Source: Erysipelotrichaceae bacterium (GTDB lineage Bacteria; Bacillota_I; Bacilli_A; Erysipelotrichales; Coprobacillaceae). From it: a stretch of 24,000 bases of DNA. The notes beneath the pieces were generated by a model, which had not been told where the DNA came from, ran no database searches, and saw only the letters and a list, made by a program, of their open reading frames with translations. Location: positions 54,653 through 78,652 of the forward strand of contig JAJQFG010000120.1 of NCBI GenBank assembly GCA_021201315.1, read 5' to 3'. Of the stretch, positions 17,106-24,000 are shown piece after piece. How positions within the stretch are numbered: position 1 is the stretch's first letter; the number at the start of each line of letters is the position of its first letter. The translations under genes were made by a program, and so were the position numbers.

Positions 17106-17698
17106 TGATTCCCCTCCTTAAAATAAAACTCATCTAAAATTTTTAAATAATCTAATCTAGGCTGATATCCTTGAGGAATTAAATGTCCTAGAGATTTTAT
17201 TGTATCATAAGTCATTGATTTACGAGAAGCATGATAATATTCATCTACCATATATGAAGCATCCAATAGATAAACCTCATTCAAATGGGTAAAAGCAATA
17301 ATCACAAAAGCAATACCACCATGTTTGATAATTCTTGCTAAATGATCAATCTGATGTTTTGAAATATTACTAAATGGAAATGTTTTAGCTTTTGTTTCTT
17401 TAGCTTCAAAATCAACATATTTTCCTCTATAAATACCATTATAATCTGTTGTTGAAGGTGTTTTATAATAAGCTTCTACAATTTTAGCAGCTTCACGCTT
17501 TGGATAATCAACTTTGACAATTTGTATTGGTGTTGGTTTTTTATAAATAACAGCTTTATCATTGGCTAAATAATATTGATTAGATAGAGAAATATCTTCT
17601 TCTAAAGACATGCCTCGATGAGCTGTATAATGTTTTTCGTTATGGGTATCATGAATAATCGGGTGGGATTTCTTCATATTAGGGTAATTAACCATCAT
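17102..17698 (-). CDS. recU: Holliday junction resolvase RecU
   Basis: NKHYTAHRGMSLEEDISLSNQYYLANDKAVIYKKPTPIQIVKVDYPKR...AYYKTPSTTDYNGIYRGKYVDFEAKETKAKTFPFSNISKHQIDHLARI. 4-nt overlap with the PBP gene. Confidence 0.93.
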   Translation of the reverse strand: MMVNYPNMKKSHPIIHDTHNEKHYTAHRGMSLEEDISLSNQYYLANDKAVIYKKPTPIQIVKVDYPKREAAKIVEAYYKTPSTTDYNGIYRGKYVDFEAKETKAKTFPFSNISKHQIDHLARIIKHGGIAFVIIAFTHLNEVYLLDASYMVDEYYHASRKSMTYDTIKSLGHLIPQGYQPRLDYLKILDEFYFKEGNQ

Positions 17699-17788
17699 CT
17701 CATCCTTTCTCGTATTTTTATTTATTATATCATAAATTTTACTGACTTTTAAAAAAACTATATATTTTCTTAATTTTTAAAAAAATTC

Positions 17789-17816
17789 TTGCATTTATAT
17801 CCTATTTTTGTAAAAT
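17789..17816 (+). promoter_or_regulatory. Predicted promoter for gpsB
   Basis: TTGCAT (17789-17794), 16-nt spacer, TAAAAT (17811-17816). Confidence 0.5.
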
Positions 17817-17840
17817 AGATTAAGAAAGGCTGATGATAAT

Positions 17841-18173
17841 ATGACAAATAAAATTAAATTAAGTCCAAAAAAAATTCTTAATAAACAATTCCAGGTTGAT
17901 TTTAAAGGCTATAATGCAAGTGAAGTTGATTATTTCTTAGATACTGTAAGAGAAGATTATGAAACTTTTGCAGCTATGCTTAATGAATCATATGAACAAA
18001 ATGAAAATCTTCAAAAAGAAAATAAAGAATTAAAAATGAAAATATCCAAATTAGAAAAAGAACAATCTATTCAACAAGAAAGTATTCGTTCTATGGAAGA
18101 AAATATTTCTTCTGATGTTGATATATTAAAACGTATCTCTAATTTAGAAAAAGAAGTTTACAAAGATAAGTAG
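17841..18173 (+). CDS. gpsB: Cell division regulator GpsB (DivIVA-like)
   Basis: KIKLSPKKILNKQFQVDFKGYNASEVDYFLDTVREDYETFAAMLNESYEQNENLQKENKELKMKISKLEKE; coiled coil; adjacent to rnpB and divergent from recU/ponA as in Bacillus. Confidence 0.9.
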   Translation: MTNKIKLSPKKILNKQFQVDFKGYNASEVDYFLDTVREDYETFAAMLNESYEQNENLQKENKELKMKISKLEKEQSIQQESIRSMEENISSDVDILKRISNLEKEVYKDK

Positions 18174-18192
18174 AATTTACTTGTCTTTTTTA
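18162..18192 (+). terminator. Intrinsic terminator after gpsB, overlapping the rnpB promoter
   Basis: AAAGATAAGTA (18162-18172) / TACTTGTCTTT (18178-18188, one G-U), loop GAATT, then TTT. Confidence 0.75.
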
Positions 18193-18209
18193 TTGAAATT
18201 TTGTAAAAT
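18181..18209 (+). promoter_or_regulatory. Predicted rnpB promoter
   Basis: TTGTCT (18181-18186), 17-nt spacer, TAAAAT (18204-18209), a few nt upstream of the P1 helix. Confidence 0.55.
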
Positions 18210-18213
18210 TACT

Positions 18214-18540
18214 TTGCTCATGAGAATCGATTGCTGGAAACAGAGGAAAGTCCGCCCATCCACAATCTGCGATGATTGTAGTGTTTGTACTACATCTAAT
18301 AAATGTAGGCTTTAAGACGACAGACCTAAGACCTAAACGTAAGCATGGTTGATAAGTCATAAAGTGCCACAGAAACGAAGTCTTTTTGAAAAGAAAGAAT
18401 GAAAAGAGGTAAACTCTGCAAGGATGAAACCCAAATAATGGTAGGGGAACTTCAGATAGGGAAATGAACCGACATGAAGATGCTATGCATAGATAAATAA
18501 TCGATTGAAAAACAGAATGCGGCTTATCAGAATGAGCATT
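18214..18540 (+). ncRNA. rnpB: RNase P RNA, probably Bacillus type (class B)
   Basis: GAGGAAAGTCC, ACAGAAACGAAG, GGTAAACTC, GAAACCCAAATAATGGTAGGGGAAC, ACAGAATGCGGCTTAT; terminal pairing TGCTCAT (18215-18221) / ATGAGCA (18532-18538). Confidence 0.95.
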
Positions 18541-18541
18541 T

Positions 18542-18563
18542 GCCGATTAAAAATCGGCTTTTT
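18542..18563 (+). terminator. rnpB intrinsic terminator
   Basis: GCCGATT (18542-18548) AAA AATCGGC (18552-18558) followed by TTTTT. Confidence 0.9.
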
Positions 18564-18623
18564 ATATATATTTATAAAAAATTCATAACTAAGACACAAA
18601 TTCATAAAATAATAGTGTTGGAG

Positions 18624-18652
18624 TTGTCAAAAATGTTAAATTGTGCTTTAAT
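18624..18652 (+). promoter_or_regulatory. Predicted promoter for the rodZ-pgsA-cinA-like-recA region
   Basis: TTGTCA (18624-18629), 17-nt spacer, TTTAAT (18647-18652). Confidence 0.5.
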
Positions 18653-18710
18653 AGAAGTGATAAAAAAGTGATGACAAGTGTGAATGAATAAAATGCAAGG
18701 AGGAAACTTT

Positions 18711-19700
18711 GTGGATAATTTGGGCGACGCTATTAGACAAAAAAGAGAAGCGAAAAATCTTACAATTGAAGAATTATCAGCCGCAACAAAGATATCTGTA
18801 GCGGTTTTAAAAGATATAGAAGAAGGTAAACTAGATCGTTATAAAGGTGATGAAGCCTATGTTAAAATGTATTTGAAGAAGATTTCAGGTGTTTTAGATT
18901 TTGAACAAACGGAATTAGAAGAATTGACTTCCCAATATATGGCTTTAACACGAGAATTAGAGATTGAAGATCTTAAGGATAAAGAAATGAAAGAACAGCA
19001 TAATAAAGATGCTGTAAGTAGAAGTAAAAATCTTAAATTTGAAAAACCACATTTAGCTAGACATGATTCTGTCTATGAAGATAAACAACATGTTAAAATT
19101 ATTCGTGGAGGTATTATTTTAGCATTGGTTGTAGCTATTATTGCAGTTGTTTGGTTTGGCGTTTATTTTACGAGTAAGCAAAGTAATGATCCTACTTTTG
19201 AATCAACAACCAATACCTCAACTGAAGGCGATATTGATACAAATGATAATGATGATACTGAAAGTGAAGTAACGGATAATGAAGATGATGATAAAACTGA
19301 TGAAACAACAAGTACTGATGTTACAATTGTAAGAAATGATGTTTTAGACTATAGTTTTTCTTTACCAGAAGGAACAACTACATTTACTTTTACAATTGAA
19401 TATTATGATGCATGTTGGGCTTCAATGAGTGTCAATGGGGAATCTTATGATTCATTTGTATCTAAGATTTATCATGATGAAAGTGAGTATACTGATGAAA
19501 CTGAAGCAGAAACTGTTATTTTAGAATTTAATGTTGATGAATTTGAATCATTAAATTTACGTAATGGTAATAATGGTACACAAAAATATTTTATTAATAA
19601 TCAAGAAATAGAATTAACGGATGAAGATACATATGATCCTAATCCATGTAATTTTATCTTAACCTTAGAAAGTGATACAAGCAATGAATCTACCGAATAA
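18711..19700 (+). CDS. RodZ/YmfM-like membrane-anchored HTH protein
   Basis: GTG start after AAGGAGG; LGDAIRQKREAKNLTIEELSAATKISVAVLKDIEEGKLDRYKGDEAYVKMYLKKISGVLDFE; TM (GGIILALVVAIIAVVWFGVYF); acidic linker and extracytoplasmic beta-rich domain; located before pgsA. Confidence 0.85.
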   Translation: MDNLGDAIRQKREAKNLTIEELSAATKISVAVLKDIEEGKLDRYKGDEAYVKMYLKKISGVLDFEQTELEELTSQYMALTRELEIEDLKDKEMKEQHNKDAVSRSKNLKFEKPHLARHDSVYEDKQHVKIIRGGIILALVVAIIAVVWFGVYFTSKQSNDPTFESTTNTSTEGDIDTNDNDDTESEVTDNEDDDKTDETTSTDVTIVRNDVLDYSFSLPEGTTTFTFTIEYYDACWASMSVNGESYDSFVSKIYHDESEYTDETEAETVILEFNVDEFESLNLRNGNNGTQKYFINNQEIELTDEDTYDPNPCNFILTLESDTSNESTE

Positions 19701-20277
19701 ACTAACGACGATTCGCTTAATCAGTGTACCAATATTTATTATTATTTATTTATTTCCTTATGAAACAATGGGCATTTCTATACCAACATATCAGATTTTA
19801 TCTACTAATCTTTCTTTATTAGATATTATATTATTTATTATATTTGCATTAAGTTCGTTGACGGACTATTTAGATGGCTATTTAGCAAGAAAAAATAATA
19901 TGATTACAACTTTTGGTAAGTTTGTAGATCCAATTGCGGATAAACTTATAGTTAATTGTACGATTTTATTATTAGCATCTTCTTCTAGAATTTCTATCAT
20001 TATTCCTATTATTATGATATCAAGAGATACAATTGTGGATGCTATTAGAATGATGGCAAGTCAAAGAAATGTTGTTTTAGCAGCTAGTTATTTAGGTAAG
20101 GCTAAAACCATGACGCAAATGATAGCTATTTGTATTTTATTACTTAATAATGTTGGTTTTAGTGCATTGGGTATTCCAATGGATCAAATTATGATATGGA
20201 TAGCAACACTAATATCTGCTATTAGTGGTATTGATTATTTTATGAAGAATAGTCAGTATATTTTTGAGAGTATGTAA
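19684..20277 (+). CDS. pgsA: CDP-diacylglycerol--glycerol-3-phosphate 3-phosphatidyltransferase
   Basis: NLPNKLTTIRLISVPIFIIIYL; CDP-alcohol phosphatidyltransferase signature SLTDYLDGYLARKNNMITTFGKFVDPIADKL. ATG 19684 overlaps the end of the rodZ-like gene. Confidence 0.95.
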   Translation: MNLPNKLTTIRLISVPIFIIIYLFPYETMGISIPTYQILSTNLSLLDIILFIIFALSSLTDYLDGYLARKNNMITTFGKFVDPIADKLIVNCTILLLASSSRISIIIPIIMISRDTIVDAIRMMASQRNVVLAASYLGKAKTMTQMIAICILLLNNVGFSALGIPMDQIMIWIATLISAISGIDYFMKNSQYIFESM

Positions 20278-20711
20278 TGGATGAACTTATTCGTGCTTTG
20301 ATTGCTAAGAAGTTATCTTTGAGTTGTATTGATTTTTTAGGCGTTGATTTTGCCAGTCATTTGGGTGTGGATAATAGTGAAATTTATAAAGGAACATTAT
20401 CTTCATCCCATCAAGATGTATTGACAGTATTCTTAGATATCAATCAAAATGTATTGAATTATTATGGTTTTAATAGCCAGGAAGTTGTTGGTTTAATGGC
20501 TATTAATGGAAAAGAAAAATTTCAAAGTGATATATGCCTTGCTTATAGTGGAACTTTATCGTATGAAGAAAATGATATCTTTCTAGCAGTCGCATATAAA
20601 GAAAAGGTTTCAACATTCTGTTTTCAACTTTCTAGTAAACGCACATTAAATATTGAACAGGCGATTCTACTTGGAATTGAAAAAACATTAAGAATGATTA
20701 ATGAAATATAA
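20277..20711 (+). CDS. Stand-alone, degenerate CinA C-terminal (PncC)-like domain protein
   Basis: 144 aa between pgsA and recA, the canonical cinA position; '[23 protein letters not shown]...[13 protein letters not shown]...[31 protein letters not shown]' follows the CinA-C layout but lacks recognisable AESCTGG and GIAGP motifs. TAATG overlap with pgsA. Confidence 0.55.
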   Translation: MDELIRALIAKKLSLSCIDFLGVDFASHLGVDNSEIYKGTLSSSHQDVLTVFLDINQNVLNYYGFNSQEVVGLMAINGKEKFQSDICLAYSGTLSYEENDIFLAVAYKEKVSTFCFQLSSKRTLNIEQAILLGIEKTLRMINEI

Positions 20712-20725
20712 AAGGAGGTAGCGTT

Positions 20726-21778
20726 ATGGCTGAAAGAAAAGTAAAGAAAACAGATATTGAAGATGACAGAAGAGAAAAAGATTTAAATGATGCCATTAAA
20801 CAGATTGAAAAGCAGTTTGGCAAAGGTTCTGTTATGAAGTTAGGAGATCGAGTTGCGGTGGATGTAGATGTGATTTCTACAGGTTCATTAACTTTAGATG
20901 CTGCACTTGGTATTGGTGGTTATCCTAAGGGTCGTATTATTGAAATCTATGGTCCTGAATCTAGTGGTAAGACGACATTGACTTTGCATGCTATTGCTGA
21001 AGTACAAAAACAAGGTGGACGTGCTGCATTTATTGATGCGGAACATGCAATTGATCCAGTTTATGCGAAAAACTTAGGGGTTGATGTTGATGAACTTATT
21101 TTGTCACAACCAGATAGTGGTGAACAAGGATTGGCTATTGCAGAAACATTGATTAAAAGTAATGCGATTGATTTGGTTGTTGTTGACTCCGTTGCTGCAT
21201 TAGTACCTCAAAATGAATTAGATGGTGAAATCAGTGATAACTCTGTAGGACTTCAAGCAAGAATGATGTCAAAAGCTATGCGTCGTTTATCAGGATTAAT
21301 TAATAAGACATCTTGTTCTATTATCTTTATCAATCAATTAAGAGAAAAGATTGGTATTATGTATGGTAATCCTGAAACAACTACTGGTGGTCGTGCATTA
21401 AAATTCTATTCTTCTGTACGTATTGAAATTAGACGTGGTGAACAAATTAAGAATGGCACTGAGGTAATTGGTAATAAAGCCAATATCAAAGTTGTCAAAA
21501 ACAAAGTTGCACCACCATTCAAAACAACTCAAGTAGACATTATCTATGGTAAAGGCATTGCTAGAGATGGTGAAGTTATTGATTTAGCTGCAGAAAATGA
21601 TATCATTGATAAATCTGGTTCATGGTATGCTTATCAAGGTGAAAAGATTGGTCAAGGTCGTGAAAATGTTAAGAAATACATGGCTGAACATCCTGATGTC
21701 TTTGCAGAAGTTGAAGCAAAAGTCCGAGCTTTATTATTCCCTAGTGATGAAATTGAAACTGAAAATGTAGAAGCATAA
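20726..21778 (+). CDS. recA: Recombinase A
   Basis: [121 protein letters not shown]. Confidence 0.99.
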   Translation: MAERKVKKTDIEDDRREKDLNDAIKQIEKQFGKGSVMKLGDRVAVDVDVISTGSLTLDAALGIGGYPKGRIIEIYGPESSGKTTLTLHAIAEVQKQGGRAAFIDAEHAIDPVYAKNLGVDVDELILSQPDSGEQGLAIAETLIKSNAIDLVVVDSVAALVPQNELDGEISDNSVGLQARMMSKAMRRLSGLINKTSCSIIFINQLREKIGIMYGNPETTTGGRALKFYSSVRIEIRRGEQIKNGTEVIGNKANIKVVKNKVAPPFKTTQVDIIYGKGIARDGEVIDLAAENDIIDKSGSWYAYQGEKIGQGRENVKKYMAEHPDVFAEVEAKVRALLFPSDEIETENVEA

Positions 21779-21796
21779 GCCTCATTGAGGCTTTTT
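21777..21796 (+). terminator. recA intrinsic terminator overlapping the stop codon
   Basis: AAGCCTC (21777-21783) ATT GAGGCTT (21787-21793), then TTT. Confidence 0.88.
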
Positions 21797-21851
21797 CTTA
21801 TAGAAAAATAATACATATCTGAATTGCGTAAAATGTAAAAATAGCTTTTTT

Positions 21852-21883
21852 ACAAATTGTAATTTTTATAATATTACAATTTG
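21852..21883. repeat. 12-bp perfect inverted repeat between recA and the alaS leader
   Basis: ACAAATTGTAAT (21852-21863) / ATTACAATTTGT (21872-21883), 8-nt AT spacer. Confidence 0.7.
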
Positions 21884-21929
21884 TTTTATATTTTATGATG
21901 GATGAAAACAATTGAATGAAAAAATTTCA

Positions 21930-21958
21930 TTGCTTTTTAGCTATAATTTAGCTATAAT
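21930..21958 (+). promoter_or_regulatory. Predicted promoter for alaS, with a duplicated -10 element
   Basis: TTGCTT (21930-21935), 17-nt spacer, TATAAT (21953-21958). TTAGCTATAAT occurs twice in tandem (21937-21947, 21948-21958). Confidence 0.6.
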
Positions 21959-21964
21959 GACTTA

Positions 21965-22171
21965 GAAATCGATGCGGAAGATAAGTATTCATAATAGGAC
22001 TTTAAGAGAGAAAATGGTTGGTGTAAATTTTTAGGCTATGATGAAGAAAGCTACTTCCAAGAGTGATGTAAACATCAACGCTTGTCAGCGTTACAGACTT
22101 AGAGGGTGTAGCTATGCTATGAAAAAGGATGGTACCGCGATGATGTCGTTCCTTAATGGAAGGACTTTTTT
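21965..22171 (+). promoter_or_regulatory. T-box leader (tRNA-Ala responsive) upstream of alaS
   Basis: T-box core GGATGGTACCGCG (22127-22139), followed by terminator stem GTCGTTCC (22145-22152) / GGAAGGAC (22158-22165) and TTTTTT (22166-22171). Candidate GCT specifier at 22050-22052 in AAGAAAGCTACTTCC. Confidence 0.92.
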
Positions 22172-22188
22172 ATTTGGAAGGAGAAGTT

Positions 22189-24000
22189 ATGAAAGATTTA
22201 ACAAGTAGTCAAATAAGACAAATGTTTTTAGATTATTTTAAAGGCAAAGATCATATGATTGAACCTGGAGCATCATTGATACCTCATAATGATCCAACGC
22301 TACTTTGGATTAATGCTGGGGTTGCAGCTTTAAAAAAATATTTTGATGGTAGTGAAAAACCAGCATCTAATAGAATTGCAAATGCCCAAAAATCAATTCG
22401 TACTAATGATATTGAAAATGTAGGCAAAACAGCTAGACATCATACTTTCTTTGAAATGTTAGGAAACTTTTCTATTGGTGATTATTTTAAAGAAGAAGCG
22501 ATTCCTTATGCATGGGAATTTCTAACAAGTGATCAATGGTTGGGTTTTGATAAAGATAAGATGTATGTGACTGTATATAGCGATGATGAAGATGCATATC
22601 GTATATGGACTGAAGTGTGTCATGTAGATCCTAGTCATATTTTAAAAACATATGGAAATTTTTGGGAAATTGGTGAAGGACCTGGTGGACCTGATACAGA
22701 GATATTTTATGATCGAGGAGAAAAGTATGATCCTGAAGGTTTAGGAGAAAAATTATTCTTTGAAGAATTAGAAAATGATCGTTATATTGAAGTTTGGAAT
22801 GTTGTATTCTCACAATATGATTGTAATCCTGCAATTGATCGTAAAGATTATAAAGAATTACCACAAAAGAATATTGATACAGGAATGGGACTTGAAAGAT
22901 TGGTAAGTATTGTTCAAGGTGGAGAAACGAACTTTGATACAGATTTATTTTTACCTATTATTCATGCGACTGAAGCCATGGCTAATATTAAATATGCAGA
23001 TAATAAAATGGCTTATCGTGTGATTGCCGATCATATTCGTACAGTGACTTTTGCTTTAAGTGATGGGGCTTTATTTGATAATGTTGGTAGAGGTTATGTT
23101 TTAAGACGTATTTTAAGAAGAGCAGTTAGATATGGTAAGAAGATTGGTATTGATCATGCTTTTATGTATAAATTAGTTTATATAGTTGCGGATAATATGA
23201 AGGACTTCTATGATTATTTACCTGATAAAGCTGATTATGTTAGTGGATTAGTGAAAAAAGAAGAAGAAGCATTCCATAAAACATTATCTAATGGTGAAAA
23301 ATTATTAGCACAAATGTTAGATAAGACAGAAGGTAAAGTATTGAATGGTAAAGACGCATTTAAACTTTATGATACTTATGGATTTCCGTTAGAATTAACA
23401 ATTGAAATAGCTGAAGAATCTGGCTTTAGTGTTGATGAAGAAGGATTCCAAGCAGAAATGAAATTACAACAAGAAAGAGCTAGAAATGCTCGTGGTGAGG
23501 CAGAATCTATGTCTTCACAAAAACCAGATCTTATGGCTTTTGATGAACCATCAGAATTTACATATGATCCTACGCCAATCACTGCTAAAGTTATCGCAAC
23601 TTTCAAAGATGGTGTTAAATGTGATGAAATTACTGATAAAGGTGAAATCATATTAGATAAAACAACATTCTACGCTGAAATGGGTGGTCAATGTGCAGAC
23701 ACTGGAACTATGAACAATGAAAATACCCAAATCAATGTAACATATGTAGCAAATGCACCTCATAAACAACATTTACATACGATTGAAGTTGTATCAGGAT
23801 CAGTGAAGATAGGAGATACATTAAAATTATGTGTGGACATTGAAAAACGTTCACTAATTCAAAACAATCATACTGCGACTCATTTATTACAAGCAGCTTT
23901 AAAACAAGTACTAGGTGCTCATGTCTCACAAGCTGGTTCATATGTAGACAATGAAAGATTACGTTTTGACTTTACACATCCACAAAAAATGACACAGGAT
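22189..24000 (+). CDS. alaS: Alanyl-tRNA synthetase, N-terminal part (runs off the window)
   Basis: ATG 22189 after GGAAGGAG; MKDLTSSQIRQMFLDYFKGKDHMIEPGASLIPHNDPTLLWINAGVAALKKYF...RTNDIENVGKTARHHTFFEMLGNFSIGDYFKEEAI...GGPDTEIFYDRG...NIDTGMGLERL. Start and end codons are in the same frame. Confidence 0.97.
   Translation, partial: MKDLTSSQIRQMFLDYFKGKDHMIEPGASLIPHNDPTLLWINAGVAALKKYFDGSEKPASNRIANAQKSIRTNDIENVGKTARHHTFFEMLGNFSIGDYFKEEAIPYAWEFLTSDQWLGFDKDKMYVTVYSDDEDAYRIWTEVCHVDPSHILKTYGNFWEIGEGPGGPDTEIFYDRGEKYDPEGLGEKLFFEELENDRYIEVWNVVFSQYDCNPAIDRKDYKELPQKNIDTGMGLERLVSIVQGGETNFDTDLFLPIIHATEAMANIKYADNKMAYRVIADHIRTVTFALSDGALFDNVGRGYVLRRILRRAVRYGKKIGIDHAFMYKLVYIVADNMKDFYDYLPDKADYVSGLVKKEEEAFHKTLSNGEKLLAQMLDKTEGKVLNGKDAFKLYDTYGFPLELTIEIAEESGFSVDEEGFQAEMKLQQERARNARGEAESMSSQKPDLMAFDEPSEFTYDPTPITAKVIATFKDGVKCDEITDKGEIILDKTTFYAEMGGQCADTGTMNNENTQINVTYVANAPHKQHLHTIEVVSGSVKIGDTLKLCVDIEKRSLIQNNHTATHLLQAALKQVLGAHVSQAGSYVDNERLRFDFTHPQKMTQD

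Noticed and set aside
18181-18683. Possible protein-coding or mobile content in the gpsB-rodZ gap
   Set aside because: The region is explained by RNase P RNA, its terminator and a promoter; no long ORF is present.
22631-23941. Minus-strand ORFs 22631..22864, 23376..23651 and 23732..23941
   Set aside because: All antisense to alaS and consistent with shadow ORFs.
1-24000. CRISPR arrays, transposases, toxin-antitoxin pairs, prophage or defence modules
   Set aside because: No regularly spaced repeats and no recognisable mobile or defence protein motifs. Gene order is largely conserved housekeeping synteny, so no novel multi-gene system is claimed.

Overview
The window is a low-GC Firmicutes chromosomal segment, probably Erysipelotrichia-like. 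It is dominated by conserved housekeeping, sporulation and cell-envelope genes. Order: partial D-Ala-D-Ala carboxypeptidase, rluB-type pseudouridine synthase, small zinc-ribbon ORF, ferredoxin (-), acidic tail-anchored protein, cmk, der, gpsA, spoVIF-like, two flavodoxin-fold genes (the second frameshifted), thiM-thiE-HAD phosphatase-thiD, spoIVA, HU, YugP-like Zn protease, ypmB-like, dnaD-like, nth, class A PBP (-), recU (-), gpsB, rnpB, rodZ-like, pgsA, CinA-C-like remnant, recA, T-box leader and alaS (partial). I see no CRISPR array, transposon, prophage or obvious defence island. The items most worth a second look are: (i) a flavodoxin-like gene split by a -1-type frameshift at an A7 run (A AAA AAU slippery heptamer); (ii) a zinc-ribbon ORF with no stop codon before its terminator that reads antisense through the ferredoxin gene; (iii) a repeated architecture in which stop codons sit inside or directly against terminator hairpins; (iv) a degenerate, truncated CinA C-domain gene between pgsA and recA; (v) an uncharacterised acidic tail-anchored protein upstream of cmk; (vi) inverted repeats plus a duplicated -10 element upstream of the alaS T-box. 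All calls come from reading the sequence; no database search was run.
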